The position numbers and the translations under genes are program-made. A stretch of DNA of 64,000 nt from an uncultured Planctomycetia bacterium (GTDB lineage: Bacteria > Omnitrophota > Gorgyraeia > Duberdicusellales > 4484-171): positions 77,020 through 141,019 of the forward strand of contig CAZAYU010000002.1 of the NCBI GenBank assembly GCA_964489445.1, in the 5' to 3' direction. The notes under the pieces were generated by a model. It ran no database searches and was not told the origin of the DNA. It saw nothing but the letters and a program-made list of their open reading frames with translations. Positions 58,550-64,000 of the stretch are shown here, piece after piece; positions within the stretch are counted from its first letter, which is position 1, and every line of letters begins with the position of its first letter.

Positions 58550-58901
58550 TGATGAAGAAGATCTAACATTCTTTGTAAAAGCTAACCTAGAATTATCTGG
58601 TGATTACGAAGTTTTTGTGGCTACCAGTGGAAAGGAAGGCATACGCGCAGCCATACGTAGCAATCCTGATATAATACTTCTGGATATTATGATGCCTCGC
58701 ATGGATGGGTTTGAGGTTATCAGAAAACTAAAGAAAAACAGAAAAACATCAGGTATACCGGTTATAATGCTTACAGCTAAGGGAGACGAAGACTCTCGGA
58801 TGAAATCCGCTAGCTTACACAGTGAAGGATTTATTGTTAAGCCGGTACAGGTGGATTTTTTAAGGTCAAGCATTGAAGAGATACTTAAGGAAAGAAAATA
58901 A
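58527..58901 (+). CDS. Single-domain response regulator
   Basis: ILVIDDE, DIMMPRMDG, MLTAK, KP. Confidence 0.92.
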   Translation: MKKILVIDDEEDLTFFVKANLELSGDYEVFVATSGKEGIRAAIRSNPDIILLDIMMPRMDGFEVIRKLKKNRKTSGIPVIMLTAKGDEDSRMKSASLHSEGFIVKPVQVDFLRSSIEEILKERK

Positions 58902-58931
58902 AGCCAAGCTATTTATAATAATAGTAAAATA

Positions 58932-59318
58932 ATGAAGGGTGTTTTTTCGTGGAAAGTTGTTTTGTTGTATTCGTTATTAATTGTATTTTTTTCTACTATC
59001 CCACTTACAATCTCTGAAAGTTTAAGTTTTCCTTTGTCGGATAAATTATTTCATTTATTGATTTATTTTTTTTTATCATTAGAAGTTACAAATACTTTTT
59101 TAATTTCAAACCATAAGATCTTTATTCTTAGATTAAAGATGGGTAATTTTGTTAAGAAAAGAGTTTGTGCCCAGCTAGTCGGGTTTTTCTATGCTTTTTT
59201 TCTGGGTTTGTTGGTTGAAGTGGTCCAGCTGTGTTTGCCATTTAGAAATTTTGAGGCAGCAGATATTTTATCCAATGTTAGTGGAAGCCTATTGGGTTGC
59301 TTGGTAAAAATAATTTAA
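58932..59318 (+). CDS. VanZ-family membrane protein
   Basis: DKLFH, EVVQLCLPFR...DILSN..G. Confidence 0.75.
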   Translation: MKGVFSWKVVLLYSLLIVFFSTIPLTISESLSFPLSDKLFHLLIYFFLSLEVTNTFLISNHKIFILRLKMGNFVKKRVCAQLVGFFYAFFLGLLVEVVQLCLPFRNFEAADILSNVSGSLLGCLVKII

Positions 59319-59319
59319 A

Positions 59320-60051
59320 ATGCTAATGTCTATAAAAAAAATACTTATATTTGTTTTTATTCTGCCAGCTCTTTTATCTTCCCCGTTTTTACAAGCAGCA
59401 AGTATTGAAAGCCGAATAGGAGACAAAAATATCTTACGTTATAAAGTGAGTTTTAACGGAATTCCTTCCGGAATAATAAACTGGCAATATCTTGGGCAAG
59501 AAGTTCTTGGGGGAGTTGACGTTGACGTGTTAAGAGTGACGTCTAATGCAAAAATAATGAATCTTTTAAATTTAGAGAGTGATGAGAGAGTTTTCTTAGA
59601 AAGCAAAACATCTCTTCCCTTGAAAGTGGAAAGAGATTTAAAAGTGTTTGGTAAAAAAGAAGTGATTAAGGAAGTGTACAATCAAAAAGAAGGTTACGTA
59701 GAGTTGATTAACAAGACAACAGAGGTGAAAAAAAGCACTATTTATCAAGATAAACCAATACAAAATATCTTAGCACTTCTGTATTTTTTTCCGGATGATA
59801 TAAAATTAATTTCCGGAAAATGGATGAATTTTAATCTTCCGACTTGTAAAATAAGAATAAAATTCATAAAAGAGAGAATCCTAAATATTGGAAAAGAAAA
59901 AATAAATACTTATTTTTTAATTGGCCGAGGGGCAAAAAGATTTAGTCTCTGGCTAGATAAAAAAACCAAGCTTCCTCTTAGACTAGAATTTATTTCTTTT
60001 GCCGGAAAAATTACTATTATTCGCGATGAGACTCCAGTGGATAGTCAGTAA
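59320..60051 (+). CDS. Exported protein, DUF3108-like
   Basis: Signal peptide; LRYKVSFNGI; LWLDKKTKLPLRL. Confidence 0.5.
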   Translation: MLMSIKKILIFVFILPALLSSPFLQAASIESRIGDKNILRYKVSFNGIPSGIINWQYLGQEVLGGVDVDVLRVTSNAKIMNLLNLESDERVFLESKTSLPLKVERDLKVFGKKEVIKEVYNQKEGYVELINKTTEVKKSTIYQDKPIQNILALLYFFPDDIKLISGKWMNFNLPTCKIRIKFIKERILNIGKEKINTYFLIGRGAKRFSLWLDKKTKLPLRLEFISFAGKITIIRDETPVDSQ

Positions 60052-60084
60052 GCCTCAAAAAACGGATTTTTAATTTTAGGGTTA

Positions 60085-60846
60085 TCAAGGAAAGACTTTT
60101 GTGGCAAATACTAGCCAACCAGTATGACAAGGCATTCTTTGTTCAGGTCGAGTTTTCCCCCGCCTTACTAATATTTTTCTTAACAAAATTTCCATAGTTT
60201 CAATATTTACAAATCCCTTATCCTCAAGAGCAAATACGAATTTAGTCAACTGTTCAAATGTAGGGCAAATAGATGCTAGGCGGCATCCACCTTTTAATGA
60301 TTTATAAGCAGCATCGATTAATTCCCATTGGCTTCCGATGTCAATCATTACAAAGTCTACTTCTTTTTCCGGGAATTCATCATGTATCTCAGCATGATTA
60401 AATTCTACCCACTGGCTTAATTGATTTTTTTCTAAGTTTTTTTGGGCGTTATCCAGAAATTCTTTATTTCGTTCATAGCTGAAAACTTTTCCGGTAGGTC
60501 GGACAAAATTAGCTAAAGCAGTAGTTAAGGCACCGCTTCCAATGCCTGATTCAATTACTTTAGCACCGGGAAATATATGTGCACGGGTTATTATTATTCC
60601 TATGTCTTTTGGATATAAAATCTGAGTTTTTCGCCTAACTTTCATGATCATTTCATGTAAATATGGCCTTAATATATAAAACGGGAGGTCAAGATTAGTT
60701 TTGACTTTTTCACCAAACTGTTTTCCAACTAAAGTATTAATCTTTATAAAACCTTTATCGGTGTGCAAGGTTCTATCATCTACCTTTAGGAGGAAATTTC
60801 TTTTTTCATCATTATACAAAAATACAAGATCACCTGTTTTTACCAT
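60085..60846 (-). CDS. trmI: tRNA (adenine-58-N1)-methyltransferase TrmI
   Basis: RKTQILYPKD, ESGIGSGALT, SYE, HTGWL. Confidence 0.92.
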   Translation of the reverse strand: MVKTGDLVFLYNDEKRNFLLKVDDRTLHTDKGFIKINTLVGKQFGEKVKTNLDLPFYILRPYLHEMIMKVRRKTQILYPKDIGIIITRAHIFPGAKVIESGIGSGALTTALANFVRPTGKVFSYERNKEFLDNAQKNLEKNQLSQWVEFNHAEIHDEFPEKEVDFVMIDIGSQWELIDAAYKSLKGGCRLASICPTFEQLTKFVFALEDKGFVNIETMEILLRKILVRRGKTRPEQRMPCHTGWLVFATKVFP

Positions 60847-60853
60847 AGAATAG

Positions 60854-60881
60854 ATTATAGCTTGATTTTTTTATTAATCAA
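60854..60881 (-). promoter_or_regulatory. Putative leaderless promoter of trmI
   Basis: Minus strand TTGATT-16-TATAAT-7 nt-ATG, no SD. Confidence 0.55.
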
Positions 60882-61105
60882 CCTGATTAATTTTGTATAG
60901 GTAAGATTGTAATCAAAGGTGAATTCTTTTTTTAGTGTTTAAATAATATTTAATTGCTTGTTTTTGGTAATACAATAAAAGTAAGACACGCATAGTGTTA
61001 ATTTGTTATCATTTTTTAACCTTTCCGCGAATTTAAATACTTCTTGCAAAACAATATGGTTTGTACTAAACTTTTCCTAAGATATTTCACCTTAAAAATT
61101 AAAAA

Positions 61106-62302
61106 ATGAAGTATATAGTTATTATTCCAGATGGAGCGGCAGATTATCCTATAGATATTTTAGGAGGTAAAACTCCCCTAGAGGCAGCGGATACTCCTTA
61201 TATGGATGCTTTGGCCCAGCAAGGTTTATTAGGAAGGGTAAAAACGGTTCCTAAAGGTTTTATTCCTTCTAGCGATGTTGCTAATTTATCTTTACTTGGG
61301 TATGATCCTAATGTTTATTATACAGGAAGAGGGCCTCTGGAAGCTGCTAACTTAGGTGTTGAGATAGGCAAAGATGACCTAGCGTTTCGCTGCAATTTGA
61401 TTACTGAGTCTGAAGGCATGCTTCTTGATTATAGCGCTGGGCATATTACTGACAAAGAAGCCAGAATTATCATGGAGGTTATCGGAAAAAGACTAGGAAC
61501 GGAAACAATAGAGTTTTTTTTCGGCACTAGCTATCGTAATCTAATGGTAATTAGAAATGTAAGCAATTTACAACTAGATAAGTTAAAGTTTTTTGCTCCT
61601 CATGATATTATAAGGAAGAGCATTAAAAAACACCTTCCTCGGGGCAAGAATAGCAATATTATCAATAAACTCATGGAAAGTTCAAAAGAGATTTTAGAAG
61701 GGCATGAAATCAATAAAGTGAGGGTCGATTTAGGTGAAAATCCAGCAAATATGATTTGGCTATGGGGCTGTGGCGGTAAGCCAGAAATGCCTTCCTTCGA
61801 AAATAAATTCGGATTTAAAGGAGCAGTTGTCTCTGCGGTAGATTTAATAAAAGGAATTGGAAGAATAATCAAGTTTAGAGTTCTAGATGTCGAAGGTGCT
61901 AATGGTTATTATGATACGAATTATCAAGGTAAAGCAGAAGCGGCGTTAAAATCTTTAGAGGACTTGGATTTTGTGTTTTTACACGTTGAAGCAACAGATG
62001 AGGCTGGGCATAATCAGGATTTACGAATGAAAATGACTTGCCTGGAAAGGATAGATAGATTAGTTGTTGGCACGTTGGTAAAACAATTAAAAGGAAAAGA
62101 TTGCCGATTTTTAATAACTCCGGATCATCCTACTCCTGTATTATTAAGAACTCACACTGATGAGCCTGTACCGTTTATAATTTCCGGGACAGGGATAAGT
62201 GGTGGAAAATTCTCCGCTTATTCTGAAGCAGAAGCTCAAAATAGCTCATTATATTTCGACAAGGGTTCGGATTTGCTTAACTACTTTTTGAAAAATGAAT
62301 AA
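61106..62302 (+). CDS. apgM: Cofactor-independent phosphoglycerate mutase (ApgM family)
   Basis: PDGAAD, TPLE, SDVANL, GRGPLEA, HVEATDEAGH, PDHPTP. Confidence 0.9.
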   Translation: MKYIVIIPDGAADYPIDILGGKTPLEAADTPYMDALAQQGLLGRVKTVPKGFIPSSDVANLSLLGYDPNVYYTGRGPLEAANLGVEIGKDDLAFRCNLITESEGMLLDYSAGHITDKEARIIMEVIGKRLGTETIEFFFGTSYRNLMVIRNVSNLQLDKLKFFAPHDIIRKSIKKHLPRGKNSNIINKLMESSKEILEGHEINKVRVDLGENPANMIWLWGCGGKPEMPSFENKFGFKGAVVSAVDLIKGIGRIIKFRVLDVEGANGYYDTNYQGKAEAALKSLEDLDFVFLHVEATDEAGHNQDLRMKMTCLERIDRLVVGTLVKQLKGKDCRFLITPDHPTPVLLRTHTDEPVPFIISGTGISGGKFSAYSEAEAQNSSLYFDKGSDLLNYFLKNE

Positions 62303-63542
62303 ACAAAAAAAATATTTTAAAAATAAATTAGTTATTCAAAAATATGGTGGCAGTTCGGTGGGAAATGTTGCTAAGATAAAAAATGCTGCTAATAGAATAA
62401 TTACGTATGTCAAACAGGGGAAAGGTGTGGTAGCTGTTGTTTCGGCCATGGGCGATACTACCAACGAGCTGATTGGTTTGGCTAAAGAAATTAGCCCTCG
62501 ACCTTCTTCTCGGGAAATGGACATGTTAATCTCAACTGGTGAACAGATATCTTGCGCATTATTGGCGATGGCTATTCATAAAAAAGGGTTTGACGCGGTT
62601 TCATTTACCGGATCACAAGTTGGAATAATTACAGACACCTATCATACTCAAGCAAAGATTTTAAATATTGAAGCTGACCGAATAAAGAAAAGCTTAAGAA
62701 AAGGAAAAGTTGTTATTGTAGCCGGGTTCCAAGGCTTGAGTACTTCTGCGGAGATAACTACTTTAGGCCGGGGTGGTTCGGATTTAAGCGCGGTGGCTTT
62801 AGCTGTGGTGCTTAAGGCTGATGTGTGTGAAATTTATACTGATGTTGAGGGCATATATACTGCTGATCCGCGAATTGTTCCGGAAGCTAAAAAGTTAAAA
62901 TGTATAACGTTTGATGAGATGCTTGAGCTTGCTTCTCGGGGAGCTCAAGTTATGCATACTCGCGCGGTAGAAGTAGCAAAAAAATTTAACATTCCTTTGT
63001 GTGTTCGAGGAAGTTTTTCGAAAAAGGAGGGGACAACTATTATGGAGAGATCATCATCTATCGAAGAGTCGGTAGTAAGAGGTGTAACTCTTGCTACTAA
63101 TGAAGCAAAAGTAACATTATGCAATGTGTATGATGCTCCGGGCGTTGCGGCGCGAATATTTAACGAATTAGCCAGTGAAAATGTTAATGTAGATATGATT
63201 GTTCAAAATGTAAGTCACAAAAGAACAACTGATATTTCGTTTACTGTTCCCAAAAATGATTTGGCGAAGACATTGAAGGTTTCTAAAAGTATTTCTAAGA
63301 GTATAAAAGTGGGGCAAACTGGCGTGGATGAAAATATTGCTAAAGTTTCTGTTGTTGGTGTAGGGATGAAATCACACTCAGGAGTAGCAGCAAAATGTTT
63401 TTCAATTCTGGCTAAAAATAAAATCAATATTGATATGATTTCTACTTCGGAAATTAGCATCTCTTGTGTGGTGAAAAAGGATTCCGGTAGAAAAGCGTTA
63501 AAAGCTTTGCACAGTGCGTTTAAATTAGAAAAAATAAAATAA
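62295..63542 (+). CDS. lysC: Aspartate kinase
   Basis: QKYGGSSV, TTLGRGGSD, TDVEGIYTADP, two ACT domains. Confidence 0.95.
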   Translation: MNKQKKYFKNKLVIQKYGGSSVGNVAKIKNAANRIITYVKQGKGVVAVVSAMGDTTNELIGLAKEISPRPSSREMDMLISTGEQISCALLAMAIHKKGFDAVSFTGSQVGIITDTYHTQAKILNIEADRIKKSLRKGKVVIVAGFQGLSTSAEITTLGRGGSDLSAVALAVVLKADVCEIYTDVEGIYTADPRIVPEAKKLKCITFDEMLELASRGAQVMHTRAVEVAKKFNIPLCVRGSFSKKEGTTIMERSSSIEESVVRGVTLATNEAKVTLCNVYDAPGVAARIFNELASENVNVDMIVQNVSHKRTTDISFTVPKNDLAKTLKVSKSISKSIKVGQTGVDENIAKVSVVGVGMKSHSGVAAKCFSILAKNKINIDMISTSEISISCVVKKDSGRKALKALHSAFKLEKIK

Positions 63543-63563
63543 GACACTATTTTTGGAGTTAAT

Positions 63564-64000
63564 ATGAAAACTATACAAATATACGACACAACATTACGTG
63601 ATGGATCACAAACAGAAGGTATTTCTTTTTCTTGCCAAGATAAAATAATGCTCGCTAAAAGATTTGATGACTTTGGTATTGGTTTTATTGAAGGTGGTTG
63701 GCCATATTCTAATCCTAAAGATCAGGAGCTTTTTTCTTATTTTAGAAAAAACAAATTAAAGAAAAGCAAGTTAGTCCCTTTTGGATCGACAGCCCATCCG
63801 TTAAATCTTGCTAAAAATGACAAAAATCTTATCAGTCTAATTAAAGCTGATACTGAATATGTGACTATTTTTGGGAAAACTTGGGATTTACATGTGCGGG
63901 AAGTGTTAAGGATAAGCTTGGAAGATAATCTAAGAATAATTTTTGAGAGTGTAAATTTTTTAAAGAAAAAAAAGAAAAAAGTATTTTATGATGCTGAACA
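63564..64000 (+). CDS. cimA: Citramalate synthase (CimA/LeuA family), 3'-truncated
   Basis: Not in the ORF track. Reads MKTIQIYDTTLRDGSQTEG...FIEGGWPYSNPKD...IFGKTWDLHV...YDAE and runs off the window. Confidence 0.85.
   Translation, partial: MKTIQIYDTTLRDGSQTEGISFSCQDKIMLAKRFDDFGIGFIEGGWPYSNPKDQELFSYFRKNKLKKSKLVPFGSTAHPLNLAKNDKNLISLIKADTEYVTIFGKTWDLHVREVLRISLEDNLRIIFESVNFLKKKKKKVFYDAE

Noticed and set aside
520-63589. Many short antisense or alternative-frame ORFs (e.g. 4837-5463, 12409-12942, 38682-39311, 63215-63589)
   Set aside because: They lie within or largely overlap well-supported genes, show no motifs and look like shadow ORFs.

Overview
AT-rich bacterial chromosome segment from a diderm (lolC/E-lolD, mlaEFD, lptFG). 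The giant gene, mcsA-mcsB-clpC and a YYPxP-type exported protein suggest a PVC-group lineage such as Ca. Omnitrophota, but this is inference only. Most of 16-64 kb is ordinary housekeeping: a peptide ABC transporter, split methionine synthase, lysS, lol, ilvE, mcsAB-clpC, mla, radA-PIN/TRAM-ispDF-cysS, tmk-holB-PSP1-metG-tatD, two-component genes, mtnA, tsaEB, alr, lptFG, comF, trmI, apgM, lysC and partial cimA. The standout is one reading frame open from the window edge (nt 2) to nt 15991 (>5,329 codons, N-terminus outside the window). It reads as a polyprotein-like string of unrelated, mostly cytoplasmic-type modules: sigma-70-like, LuxR/Fis HTHs, HD, three GNATs, HATPase-like, nucleotidyltransferase, methyltransferase-like and radical SAM. 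These are separated by about 20 copies of a short S-S-[P/S/A/T]-[V/I/L/M] delimiter, 13 of which share the codon pattern AGY-TCN-NCN-NTN. A duplicated 105-bp module tail and several vestigial mini-modules point to cassette turnover. Intergenic regions hold 7-nt-period repeats, a twice-occurring REP-like palindrome and several apparently leaderless promoters. All domain calls are by-eye motif recognition, not database hits.
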